64,000 nt of DNA from Candidatus Hopanoidivoransaceae bacterium (GCA_965204495.1 OZ241989.1:1184312-1248311); one strand, 5' to 3'; positions 45,091 to 58,562 are shown, numbered from the stretch's first letter. Numbers and translations: made by a program. Notes: a model not told the origin generated them from the letters alone.

Positions 45091-45198
45091 GTTGCTATAT
45101 TCTATCAAAATCTGGTGTGGGGCAAATTACAAGTCATCGCCGTTGTCGGCCGAAATAAGATGTTGCTATATTCTATCAAAATTCGGTATGGCGCATAT
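45091..45198 (+). repeat. AT-rich 37-nt direct repeat pair with 71-nt period (two-repeat mini-array-like)
   Basis: GTTGCTATATTCTATCAAAATCTGGTGTGGGGCAAAT at 45091 and GTTGCTATATTCTATCAAAATTCGGTATGGCGCATAT at 45162. They are 32/37 identical and the first 21 nt are perfect. Confidence 0.7.
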
Positions 45199-45222
45199 AA
45201 GAGCTCCTTTGTGCCCCAGCTC

Positions 45223-46659
45223 TTAGTGGGCTGTTTCTACGGCATTGGAGATGCCAGTTCGCGGGAACGAAGGGGACCCCGTTTCGAGGGCTCTTTTTCT
45301 TCCTTTTGCTCTAGGTGTTTTAAGCTGTTTCTTGAAAAAAATGTCTGCTAGGTCGCAGTATATGGTTTCTATACTTGAATACATCTCTATCAATTCTCCA
45401 AATTCTTCATCAATTTTCGCGAGTTCTTCCATTTTTGAAATTAGAGACTTAATGCTAGAGCAGATGCTTTGAATAATTTGAAAACACTCTTCCATAAGTT
45501 CTTCATCAGTTGTTGATTGAACTAGGAACACCATGCTGTTATTTCGCATGTTGAGTTTCACAAAGCTGGGCTCATCCAAATCTTCATTTTCAAAGAGATT
45601 GATGTCTTGACAAATATCTGAGAAAGCCAAAGTTTCTATAATAAAATCTACGATGCCACTTAATATTTCAGCAGATTGACAAATAAATGTTCCAGTATTT
45701 TCTAAAGTATCCGACTCATCGAGAAATAAATCGGATCCATTGCCAACATAATTTTCTGTAAACCAAGTTGGGAAGTTGTCTAATCTAGTTTGCAAATTTG
45801 CAATTTGCAAGCAAAAATTGTCATATTCATCTACGCATTCTTCCAATGACTCAAGAACTTGATCAAATTCGCCTTGTGTCGGCCTAATATCGCTCAGACG
45901 AAAGTTTGCTTGATTCCACGAAAATTCAATAGAGAATATTCCCCCAAAATCTTCTATGTTCCAGATTTCAGAGCAGCGTTCCAAAGCTTCTTGAGCATAA
46001 TTCAAGAATTGCGATGAATCAGAAGCGAAGCACATTATTTGTCTTATATCAGACCAAAGAGAACTGAAGTACGCTACTTCTGCCTCACTAAGTTGTGTTT
46101 GCAAAATAGTGAAGTTGTCGCAGACTTTACTAAATTCTGGTGAGCACTCAGATACCACAATATTAGTTTCTATACCATCTGCACAAGTTTTTGTTGTTTC
46201 AATATACTCCAGTAGTGCCTTGTTGACCTCAGATGATAAATCAACAGGCAGAGTTTCTAACTCATCAGACAACTGGGTGATTTGCTGTTGGGTCAGCCAT
46301 TCGGGAGCAGGCGAATTGCGGGCCTCTGGCGAGAGCAGAGATAGCAAAAATTTGATGAGCTGGGTGTCTGGATCATCTGGTGCTGATTCATCTCCTGATA
46401 ATTGGGATGCCCTTTCTGCGAGGATATCTTCTGCTGTAGGTGTCTCGCTAGGAAGTGTCGGAGTGTTAGAAGTCGAAGTTGCTGGGGACGTGGTGGTGCT
46501 TGAAACGGCAGAGGTGCTTGGTTGCGTGGTAGGCGAAGAAGGAGCAGATTGGTTTTCGGTTGCTACAGGCTTGGAGGCATCCGCGCATCCAGCCAAGAGC
46601 AGACAGACTGCCAGCACACCCAAGACAGAACGACTCAGCGATGGAAGGGTGGAAGGCAC
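45223..46659 (-). CDS. Acidic Cys-rich lipoprotein (478 aa), function unknown
   Basis: Lipobox LLLAGC and a Ser/Thr/Pro linker, then repeated E.C-x7-10-C helical-looking segments (ECSPEFSKVC, ERCSEIW, EECVDEYDNFC, EECFQIIQSIC). Markedly AT-rich. Confidence 0.65.
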   Translation of the reverse strand: MPSTLPSLSRSVLGVLAVCLLLAGCADASKPVATENQSAPSSPTTQPSTSAVSSTTTSPATSTSNTPTLPSETPTAEDILAERASQLSGDESAPDDPDTQLIKFLLSLLSPEARNSPAPEWLTQQQITQLSDELETLPVDLSSEVNKALLEYIETTKTCADGIETNIVVSECSPEFSKVCDNFTILQTQLSEAEVAYFSSLWSDIRQIMCFASDSSQFLNYAQEALERCSEIWNIEDFGGIFSIEFSWNQANFRLSDIRPTQGEFDQVLESLEECVDEYDNFCLQIANLQTRLDNFPTWFTENYVGNGSDLFLDESDTLENTGTFICQSAEILSGIVDFIIETLAFSDICQDINLFENEDLDEPSFVKLNMRNNSMVFLVQSTTDEELMEECFQIIQSICSSIKSLISKMEELAKIDEEFGELIEMYSSIETIYCDLADIFFKKQLKTPRAKGRKRALETGSPSFPRTGISNAVETAH

Positions 46660-46789
46660 GAATTGTCAGGTTAGTCGGAGCGCGCCATCTTTGAGCGGGA
46701 CTACTTTCTGAGCACAAAATGAAGGGGCGACACATCTGTGCAGCCCTTCATGAGCATTTGCGCAGATTTGATGGTCTGCGGGGGTGGTG

Positions 46790-47212
46790 TCAGGCTGCCA
46801 CTTTTACTTCCACTTGGCGGGGTGCTTCGGGCACTACCAGCGGGACGGTGACAGTCAGCACGCCGAATTTGCTTTCGGCTGAGGGTTGGGCTGAGTCGGC
46901 GTCTTCGGGGAGACGGATGCGGAACTCTGCGTTGTCGCTGGTTCCCCATGCTCCTACCGGGACGAAATTCTTGGGCTCTTCGTCTGCGGAGTCGTTTTCG
47001 TGCTTCTCGTCTGTGATGGCCACGAGAAGTTGGTGATCAGCGATGCTGACTGCGATCCTTGCTGGATCAACGCCTGGGAGGGCGAAACGATACTCCAGCC
47101 TGTCTGGGAAGCGGGTGGCCGATGGCCGGGGCAGCTCCCTTCGGGCTGTGAGAACCCCATTGGATGGGGACTTGAAGAAGATGTCGAAAAGGTCATCCAT
47201 TTGCCTGAGCAT
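46790..47212 (-). CDS. Hsp20/alpha-crystallin family small heat-shock protein
   Basis: The track ORF extends to 47287. ATG 47212 (MLRQMDDLFD) has AAAGGA ~9 nt upstream. ACD-like C-terminus AEFRIRLPEDAD...KFGVLTVTVP. Confidence 0.8.
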   Translation of the reverse strand: MLRQMDDLFDIFFKSPSNGVLTARRELPRPSATRFPDRLEYRFALPGVDPARIAVSIADHQLLVAITDEKHENDSADEEPKNFVPVGAWGTSDNAEFRIRLPEDADSAQPSAESKFGVLTVTVPLVVPEAPRQVEVKVAA

Positions 47213-47293
47213 TGTTCTATCCTTTCTGTTCGGTGCTTTGCTCTTAAAGCTGTACAACGCAAACAGGGAGGGATTTATTCCAAGCATTTGGAA

Positions 47294-47310
47294 GCGGAAT
47301 TCAATTCCGC
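47294..47310. promoter_or_regulatory. Perfect 17-nt palindrome GCGGAATTCAATTCCGC upstream of hsp20 (candidate operator)
   Basis: 8-bp arms around a single central base. The loop is too short for an RNA hairpin, so a dimeric DNA-binding site is more likely. It lies between the cas8u-like stop and the hsp20 start. Confidence 0.4.
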
Positions 47311-47362
47311 GAAAATGTGATGACAGTCCTGGATCACAGGGCTTCAGACAAAAAAGATAGCA

Positions 47363-48294
47363 CTAATTGCTATTGGCTGTCCGCCAGATTATTTGGGGTG
47401 GACTGAAGGTGCCATAGCCACCTTGATCTGAGCGCAGTATCTGCGATTGCAGAATTCGGGATATTCCCCATGATGGATAGAAGTGGCTACGATTTTCTGG
47501 TGTTAAGCTGGTGGCTTGTGCGAGGAGGGCAATCACGGTTCCAAATCCTGCGGGGCGAATCCAAAGAGGCCAAGTATATTTTCCCTGTTTCCAACCACCT
47601 GAGCAACCAAGTGTTAAGGTTCTCTTGCCGTCTTGCCTTGAAAATACTGGATGTCTGCTAAACCCTAAAATTGCTAGAGCTTCGGGACCAGGATTTGTGT
47701 ATTTGTCGGTAGTGGATGGGTTGGAGGCTGATAAGGCGTAAACACGGTCGTCAACTATATCCCACATTAATGATTCTTTTTTGCTTTGATATGGCCAAGG
47801 GCCAATAAGACCTTCGGTTATATCGTCTTCAGTTGCGGAAGTAAGAATTTCTTGTGCCATGCTAAGAAATTTTTGTTGGCCTGCTGTGAAGTAGAGATCG
47901 TTTGGTTTGGCTATATTATTGTTGTCATAGCTTCCTTCGGCTATCAATGCTGTGGCAAATTCGCTACCAATTTGTCCAACTGACGACATGAGGTATTCTC
48001 TAACCGTTTCATCAGAGAACTTGGCTTTTTCTTTTTCTGCTTTTGTCCCAAGCTTTGGAGCCAGAGCAGGGCTTTTTGCCCATTTGGGGAAGACTGCCAT
48101 TGCTTGATCTACTATTTTTTCCACTGGGTAAGCCTCGCTGACGATGGCATGGGGGATGACATCGTTTGACCACCAGAGCTTGGGTTGGTCGGGCTCGTCG
48201 GCGAAGAGGACTTGGACACCTAGGGCGGCAAAGAAGCCTAGGGGGTTGGTGCCGTCTAGTCCGGTCAGGTGAATGCCTTCGTATGCTTGGGTCA

Positions 48295-48295
<1 letters not shown>
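47363..48295 (-). CDS. Short Cas8u-family (Csb3/Csx17-like) putative large subunit
   Basis: The ATG at 48295 overlaps the cas3 TGA. The N-terminal LTGLDGTNPLGFFAALGVQVLFADE resembles the PLG..LKALGV..L motif I recall at Csx17/Cas8u N-termini. Last gene of the effector operon. Confidence 0.5.
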
Positions 48296-52777
<4,482 letters not shown>

Positions 52778-52780
52778 GGC

Positions 52781-54013
52781 TTACTCCGCTTCTGGCTTTT
52801 CGGTTTTGGCTGCTTTTCGGCTTTTCGCCAATAGCTCAATCAGCTTCGGGGAGGGTTCTAGCCGTATCTCGGATGTCTCCCAGCCGATGCCAGCCTTTTC
52901 CGCCTCCTCAGCAGCCCGCTTCAGAATGTCGGATGCGACCGATCTGTTGATGTCCACAACAGTGGGGGCTGAGCCATCCCGTGCTACAAGTTCCAAAGTT
53001 TGGGTTTCAGTCGGAATCAGAAGACATCTGGAGCGAAGGTCGTAGTCGTGCTCATATAGATAAGCGGCGGCTGCTACGCCGAGTGCTGCGATGGCGGTCT
53101 GAGCCGCCGCTTCTTTGGCGCGGTCGCGTCCTCCGAAACGAAGCTTCCTCAAGGCTGCTAGCGAAATCACAGTAGTTTGGACTGCCCCTGAGATGGTCAC
53201 GCCGCCCGACAGAGAATCTATAGAGGGTGCGATGTTGCCGTGGTTGATTTCTGAGGGTCTGCCTATGACTTTGGGCTTGCCTTTTTCTTTGGCAGCTTCG
53301 TCTTCGTTGACGGTCCAGACTTGGGCAGGGTCTGCATGCTCGTAGATGAGATCTTCGGCTGACAATTTTTCAATCGCGAGAGGATCCAGCCGGCTGCCTA
53401 CTTTCTTGCCGACCTGCACATCCAAGCCGATGATCTCTGAGACATAGGCTCGCTGGAATTTCGACCCCAACCCGCCCTTCGGCCCTGTGCTGTCCCAAAC
53501 TCCGAACAGCAGGGCTGTGGGCGAATACCGATATAGGGCGGTGGCGTCTCGTGGGGTGGCGTTGGTTATCTGCTGTCCGACATCAGACAGGCGGAACAGA
53601 GTGCCGTCCAGCAGGCTGTCGCGGAAGATGGCATCGGCTATCCTGTGCGGAGCTTCAAGGGCTGTGAGCTTGCCGATTTCGCTCAAGTCTTCCTCGTCGC
53701 TCTTGGCATCTGAAAAATCCACATATGGAACGGGAAACGCTAGATCGCCGTCCAGCCAGCCTTCCAGCAGGGCTTCTTCGGCTCGGTTGGCCTGAGACGC
53801 TACCGAGTCCAACAGCACGGTTTCCACTTCTTTGTCGTTGATTTGGCGCGTCTCCACAGCGTATTTGTGGTCGGCTCGGCCGTCAACGGCGTATGAGGGC
53901 GGAAACACCTTGTCTTCGGTTCCGCCAGCAGGTGCCAGCGACAGACGAGACCGCAAAGCTACGGCACCTCCCGCTGTGGCTTCTGAAAGCTGTTCAAAAG
54001 TGAGTTCGGTCAT
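52781..54013 (-). CDS. csb1: Csb1 (Cas7u, type I-G)
   Basis: The track start 54073 is TTG. ATG 54013 (MTELTFEQL) has AAGGAG 7 nt upstream. LAPAGGTEDKVFPPSYA...VLLDSVASQANRAEEAL matches my memory of Csb1. Confidence 0.8.
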   Translation of the reverse strand: MTELTFEQLSEATAGGAVALRSRLSLAPAGGTEDKVFPPSYAVDGRADHKYAVETRQINDKEVETVLLDSVASQANRAEEALLEGWLDGDLAFPVPYVDFSDAKSDEEDLSEIGKLTALEAPHRIADAIFRDSLLDGTLFRLSDVGQQITNATPRDATALYRYSPTALLFGVWDSTGPKGGLGSKFQRAYVSEIIGLDVQVGKKVGSRLDPLAIEKLSAEDLIYEHADPAQVWTVNEDEAAKEKGKPKVIGRPSEINHGNIAPSIDSLSGGVTISGAVQTTVISLAALRKLRFGGRDRAKEAAAQTAIAALGVAAAAYLYEHDYDLRSRCLLIPTETQTLELVARDGSAPTVVDINRSVASDILKRAAEEAEKAGIGWETSEIRLEPSPKLIELLAKSRKAAKTEKPEAE

Positions 54014-54084
54014 GATTTTCTCCTTGATGGCTTGTCTGTGTTTTGGGTGTTCTGCTGTTGGGTAGGGTGTCAAATCGCAATTGC

Positions 54085-54190
54085 CAATACACTAGCAGGG
54101 GGGTGTGATGAGCATCGCTGGATCGGCTTGCTAGGGGCTGAATTTCATCAACGACAAGACTAGCGGGGGGGTGTGATGGGTATCGTGGCG
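54085..54190 (+). repeat. Pair of ~36-nt G-run direct repeats (period ~68-70) upstream of csb1
   Basis: CAATACACTAGCAGGGGGGTGTGATGAGCATCGCTGG and CAAGACTAGCGGGGGGGTGTGATGGGTATCGTGGCG. Each reads on the minus strand as CATCACACCCC..GCTAGT, a -10-like element. Confidence 0.7.
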
Positions 54191-54270
54191 ACAGGCAATC
54201 CCGTGTCCCAAGCTCACCCCGAAAAAAGCGCAAGGCTGTTTTGCAGCACCTGCGTGTTATATCTCTGGGT

Positions 54271-54738
54271 ATGGCAACCACAGCAGATTCACAGAAGTTC
54301 GCCTCCTTGCGGGAGCACGAGGAGCGGCGGGTAAACGAGACGGGTGTTTTGCGGGCGGCTAATGACCGCATGATTGCCTATTTGATGAACATCAGCATCG
54401 CCATGTGCTTGGGCTATGCCTTCAGGGGCGATCTCTCTCTGCTCTCGGGGCTGGAGATCGCTGCGCTGCTGGTGGTGCTGCTGGCTGGGGCGGCGCCAAG
54501 TGCTGTTTTCTTCTTCACGGAGAGGCCGAGGGAGGATGTGGGCTTGACAAAGAGGCACTTGATGATGGAGCAGCATAAGATTGAGATAGCAAGGTATTTT
54601 GCGGTGGGTGCACAGCGAGAGAATGCTGAAAATAATTTGAAGCTGGCTAGACGCTGGAGGAGAATATGTCTTTTGCTATGGGGCGCAGCAATGATTGCGG
54701 CTATACTGCTAGTAGCCGTCAATGCAGCAGTCAACTAG
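54271..54738 (+). CDS. Small three-TM membrane protein, hypothetical
   Basis: The track ORF starts at 54241; ATG 54271 (MATTADSQKF) is equally possible. Three hydrophobic segments separated by a charged helix. Confidence 0.5.
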   Translation: MATTADSQKFASLREHEERRVNETGVLRAANDRMIAYLMNISIAMCLGYAFRGDLSLLSGLEIAALLVVLLAGAAPSAVFFFTERPREDVGLTKRHLMMEQHKIEIARYFAVGAQRENAENNLKLARRWRRICLLLWGAAMIAAILLVAVNAAVN

Positions 54739-54753
54739 GAAGGAGCGAACATC

Positions 54754-54954
54754 ATGGGCAGATTCATCGACAGAATCTTGATCAGAATCATGGACAGAAC
54801 CGCTCCTGAAGAGCCTGAGGAGGAGCAAGACATAGAAGCTCTGCGTGAGCGCAAGCTCGAAATTCTGAAATCCGCAGGATTGGACACCTCTTATGCCACT
54901 GACGATATCCTTGACGCTTTTGATATCATCAAGCGGCCATTCCATCTCAGGTAG
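54754..54954 (+). CDS. Small acidic protein (66 aa), hypothetical
   Basis: ATG with GGAAGGAG upstream, 15 nt after the preceding gene. No recognisable motif. Confidence 0.4.
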   Translation: MGRFIDRILIRIMDRTAPEEPEEEQDIEALRERKLEILKSAGLDTSYATDDILDAFDIIKRPFHLR

Positions 54955-55009
54955 ACCTCACGGTACATAGTAGGGTGTGCCTGTGATACCGCAGAATGCC
55001 CATCACGCC

Positions 55010-55036
55010 ATGCTCATCACACCCCTTGGCTACAAT
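55010..55036 (+). promoter_or_regulatory. arsC promoter: ATGCTCATCACACCCC core plus TACAAT -10, leaderless start
   Basis: TACAAT at 55031-55036 ends 7 nt before ATG 55044. The 16-nt core is the exact reverse complement of 54100-54115 upstream of csb1. Confidence 0.5.
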
Positions 55037-55043
55037 CTGGGTT

Positions 55044-55409
55044 ATGACTGACAAGACCGACATCACCGTTTATCACAATCCGAAGTGCGGGACTTCTCGC
55101 AGCGTGCTGGCTTTGCTGGAAAACCACGGCGTGGAGCATGAGACCGTCCTGTATATGGACGACAAGCTCAGCCATGACAACTTTGAGAGCATCCTCGCCA
55201 TGCTCACCGACCCGCCTACCATGCTCATTCGCCGTGACCCCCGGTTCAAGGAGCTGGGCATCTCAGAAGGCGAGGTGCAGACACGGGCGCAGGTGCTGCG
55301 AATGCTCGGCAAGCATCCTGAGCTCATGCAGCGGCCGATCGTCGTGACGGGCGGCAAGGCGTGCATCTCCCGCCCGGCAGAAAAAGCTGCCGAGTTTCTG
55401 GGGATCTAG
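55044..55409 (+). CDS. arsC: Arsenate reductase (glutaredoxin-coupled ArsC family)
   Basis: ITVYHNPKCGTSRSVLALLE...LMQRPIV is the typical ArsC/Spx-fold pattern. The start is chosen at MTDKTD. Confidence 0.8.
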   Translation: MTDKTDITVYHNPKCGTSRSVLALLENHGVEHETVLYMDDKLSHDNFESILAMLTDPPTMLIRRDPRFKELGISEGEVQTRAQVLRMLGKHPELMQRPIVVTGGKACISRPAEKAAEFLGI

Positions 55410-56026
55410 CAATTCAGTCTTACCAACTCGCCTCGCCTTGGGGCGACATTGCTCCGCTTTGGCGGCGGGTTGTGGCGCGGGCCACAGACCTATTGGTTGT
55501 GTTCTTTATTGAGTTTGTGCTGGTGGTGGTGCAGGTGTTTTGGTTTATGGACGATGTGTCGGACAGCGTGCAGCCTGAACCTTGGGGGAGGTCGTTCATG
55601 GCGACTGTCATCTTCGTCGGGATTTATGCCATCTACGAAGTGCTCTTCCACACCAGAGCCAATGGGCAGACGCCGGGGAAGCTCTTGCTTAAGGTGAAGG
55701 TGGTGCGGGCGGCTGACGGCGAGGCGCCTCGGTGGTGGCAGTCGGCAGTCAGGTGGCCGCTGGTCGGCGTGGCTTTTCCGCTGCTGTTCGCCCCCAACTT
55801 GGGATTTCCGAATTTCTTGTGGCTTGTCGGGATAGCTCTGGCTCCAGGCATCACAGCCATCTTCAGCAAAAATCGCAGAGGCATCCACGACCTGCTCGCC
55901 GCCACGATAGCCGTCTCGCACGAGCCGACCGAAGAAGAAAAACGCCAAGATCAACAAATCCGAGACAGGGCACGGGAGCGGCGAGAGAAATACAGCATCT
56001 GGCGATTGTGGAGCGACAGAAGTTAA
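55361..56026 (+). CDS. RDD-family membrane protein (start uncertain)
   Basis: WRRVVARATDLLVV...RRGIHDLLAATIAV is the RDD pattern. The track ORF overlaps the arsC 3' end, so the true start is probably an internal GTG. Confidence 0.6.
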   Translation: MHLPPGRKSCRVSGDLAIQSYQLASPWGDIAPLWRRVVARATDLLVVFFIEFVLVVVQVFWFMDDVSDSVQPEPWGRSFMATVIFVGIYAIYEVLFHTRANGQTPGKLLLKVKVVRAADGEAPRWWQSAVRWPLVGVAFPLLFAPNLGFPNFLWLVGIALAPGITAIFSKNRRGIHDLLAATIAVSHEPTEEEKRQDQQIRDRARERREKYSIWRLWSDRS

Positions 56027-56061
56027 ACAAACCGCCTCTTGCATCCACTACCATCTATCCA

Positions 56062-57399
56062 ATGACTATGACAGCCTCGCCTGATGCAGCCCAGATGACT
56101 GGCAACGCTGCGACGGGCAACGCTATGACTGACTACGCCACGCCAGACTTCTCAGCACCCGGCTCAGCAGGCTCGGCGACCGCAGACCTCTTAACTCCGT
56201 CCCGCAACTCCACCCTGCTGGATGTCCGCGACCTCCGCACTCATTTCACCACCGACCGAGGCGAGCTCAGAGCCGTGGACGGCGTGTCTTTCTCGCTAGA
56301 ACACGGGCGCACTATCGGCATCGTGGGGGAATCCGGCTCTGGCAAGTCGGTCACCGTCCGCTCCATCATGAACATCCTGCCTCGCAATGTGGGGCTGCAG
56401 GCGGGCGAAGTCTCGTTTGAAGGCGAAGACATCCAAAATCTCACCGGCCCCGAAGCCAAGCACTTCTGGGGCGTCAAGATGTCGATGATTTTCCAAGACC
56501 CGATGACCTCGCTCAACCCTGTGGTGAAGGTCGGAAGACAGATCACCGAATCGCTCCGCTATCACCTCAAGATGTCGCGCCCCGAAGCCACCGCCCGTGC
56601 CCTTGAACTGCTTGACCTCGTCGGCATTCCCGAAGCTCGCCGCCGCCTCTCCGAATATCCGCATCAGCTTTCGGGCGGGATGTGCCAGCGGATCACCATC
56701 GCCATCGCCCTCGCCTGCCATCCGAAGCTGCTCATCGCCGACGAGCCGACCACCGCCTTGGATGTGACCGTCCAAAAGCAGATACTAGACCTGCTCGACC
56801 GCCTTCAGACAGACCAGCAGATGGCGATGATCCTCATCACTCACGACCTCGGCGTGGTCGCGGGCCGAGCCGACGAAATCGCCGTGATGTATGCCGGGCG
56901 CATCGTGGAAAAGGCAGCCACCACCGACCTCTTCGCCAGTATGCGCCACCCCTACACCCAAGCCCTGTTTGAATCCATCCCCAAGATTGAGCACCGCAGC
57001 CACACCCGCCTGCGAGCCATCAGCGGCCAGCCGCCCGACATGACCGACCTCCCCGAAGGCTGCAGCTTCTCGCCCCGATGCCGCTACGCCCAAGAACGCT
57101 GCCTCACCGAAAAGCCCCCGCTGGAAACCGACCCCATCAACACCAACCGCAGCTATGCCTGCTTCTACCCCGTCAACACCCCAGCAGGCGAGGAAGCCTT
57201 GGCGATAAACATCAAAAGCGGCAAAAGCGCGGCTGGGTTGGACATGAGCAAAGAAGGACTGGAGGGCAATGGGGTTGCTGAAGGCGGATTGGGGAGCGTA
57301 AGCGGGTTGGGGAGTGGATATGGAAAGATGGCTGGAATGGAGAGTGAAGGTGGTATGGAAAAGAAGGGCGAAGAGGGACTGGAAGGAAGAGAAAACTAA
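56062..57399 (+). CDS. Peptide/nickel-type ABC transporter ATP-binding protein (OppD/DppD type) with Gly/Glu-rich C-terminal tail
   Basis: The track ORF starts at 55732, which is an upstream extension. ATG 56062. [23 protein letters not shown], and the C-terminal CxxC oligopeptide-ATPase motif region. Confidence 0.8.
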   Translation: MTMTASPDAAQMTGNAATGNAMTDYATPDFSAPGSAGSATADLLTPSRNSTLLDVRDLRTHFTTDRGELRAVDGVSFSLEHGRTIGIVGESGSGKSVTVRSIMNILPRNVGLQAGEVSFEGEDIQNLTGPEAKHFWGVKMSMIFQDPMTSLNPVVKVGRQITESLRYHLKMSRPEATARALELLDLVGIPEARRRLSEYPHQLSGGMCQRITIAIALACHPKLLIADEPTTALDVTVQKQILDLLDRLQTDQQMAMILITHDLGVVAGRADEIAVMYAGRIVEKAATTDLFASMRHPYTQALFESIPKIEHRSHTRLRAISGQPPDMTDLPEGCSFSPRCRYAQERCLTEKPPLETDPINTNRSYACFYPVNTPAGEEALAINIKSGKSAAGLDMSKEGLEGNGVAEGGLGSVSGLGSGYGKMAGMESEGGMEKKGEEGLEGREN

Positions 57400-58439
57400 T
57401 GGCAGGCACAGGCAAAGCGCATCTGGCTAACGGCTTGGCTAACGGCGCTATGGGCGGCAACACCGCGCCCCCAGACGACATAATTCTCACAGTAGAAGAC
57501 CTCGTCGTAGAGTTCCCTGCCGCAGGCGGGCAGAAAGTCCATGCCGTCTCTGGCATCAGCTTTGATGTGCGAGAAGGCGAAACCCTCGGCCTGGTCGGCG
57601 AATCGGGCTGCGGCAAATCCACCACAGGCCGAGCCGTCATGCAGCTAGAACAAGCCGCCGCTGGCAAAGTCGTCTTTGACGGCACCGACCTCACGAACCT
57701 CTCAGGCGAAGAGATGCGGCGAATGCGCACCCGCATGCAGATGATCTTCCAAGACCCGATCTCCTCCCTCAACCCCCGCCGCAAAGTCAAAGACATCGTG
57801 CGCGAAGGTCTCTCAATCTGGCACCAAAATCAAAAAGGCCTCTCCTCCGAGCGGGTAGACGACATCCTCCGCAGCGTCGGCCTCAGCCCCGAGATGGTCG
57901 GCAATCGCCGTTCGCACGAATTCTCAGGCGGGCAGTGCCAGCGCATCTGCGTGGCCCGTGCGCTCGTCTTAGACCCGAAGATCATCATCTGCGACGAACC
58001 GGTCTCGGCTCTGGATGTCTCCGTCCAAGCGCAGATACTCAACCTGCTGGAAGACATGAAAGCTCGCTACGGCCTCACCCTCATTTTCATCGCGCACGAC
58101 CTCGCCGTTGTCAAGAACATCAGCGACCGAGTGTGCGTGATGTATCTGGGCAAGATGTGCGAAATCGGCCCGTCCGATGACCTCTACGAGCAGCCCCTCC
58201 ACCCCTACACCGAAGCCCTGCTCCAATCCATCCCGCATCCCGACCCCACGCACGCCGTCTCAGACGATGCCTTGGAAGGCGACCTGCCATCGCCCATCAA
58301 CCCCCCGTCGGGCTGTCGCTTCCGCACCCGCTGCCCCCAAGCCGCCGACATCTGCGCCGAAGAAGAGCCGGAAATCCGCGAGATGGCCCCCCAGCACTAT
58401 GTCGCTTGCCACTTCCCGCTCGCGGCTGTGGCGGAGTGA
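57399..58439 (+). CDS. Peptide/nickel-type ABC transporter ATP-binding protein (OppF/DppF type)
   Basis: GESGCGKST, FSGGQCQRICVARAL, IICDEPVSALD. Confidence 0.85.
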   Translation: MAGTGKAHLANGLANGAMGGNTAPPDDIILTVEDLVVEFPAAGGQKVHAVSGISFDVREGETLGLVGESGCGKSTTGRAVMQLEQAAAGKVVFDGTDLTNLSGEEMRRMRTRMQMIFQDPISSLNPRRKVKDIVREGLSIWHQNQKGLSSERVDDILRSVGLSPEMVGNRRSHEFSGGQCQRICVARALVLDPKIIICDEPVSALDVSVQAQILNLLEDMKARYGLTLIFIAHDLAVVKNISDRVCVMYLGKMCEIGPSDDLYEQPLHPYTEALLQSIPHPDPTHAVSDDALEGDLPSPINPPSGCRFRTRCPQAADICAEEEPEIREMAPQHYVACHFPLAAVAE

Positions 58440-58562
58440 AGACGCAGTTTCTCAGCACGCCTTTAGAAAACCGACTAATATATTAGGAATACCAAATAAC
58501 GAGAAGAGCAACAACAAGCAAGACCCCAAGACAAATTCCCAACAAGAGTAAAGGAAGCCATC

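Noticed and set aside
54271-54738. Assignment of the three-TM protein to a SLATT-like defence effector family
   Set aside because: The idea rests only on overall helix layout. I recognise no sequence motif, so it is left as hypothetical.
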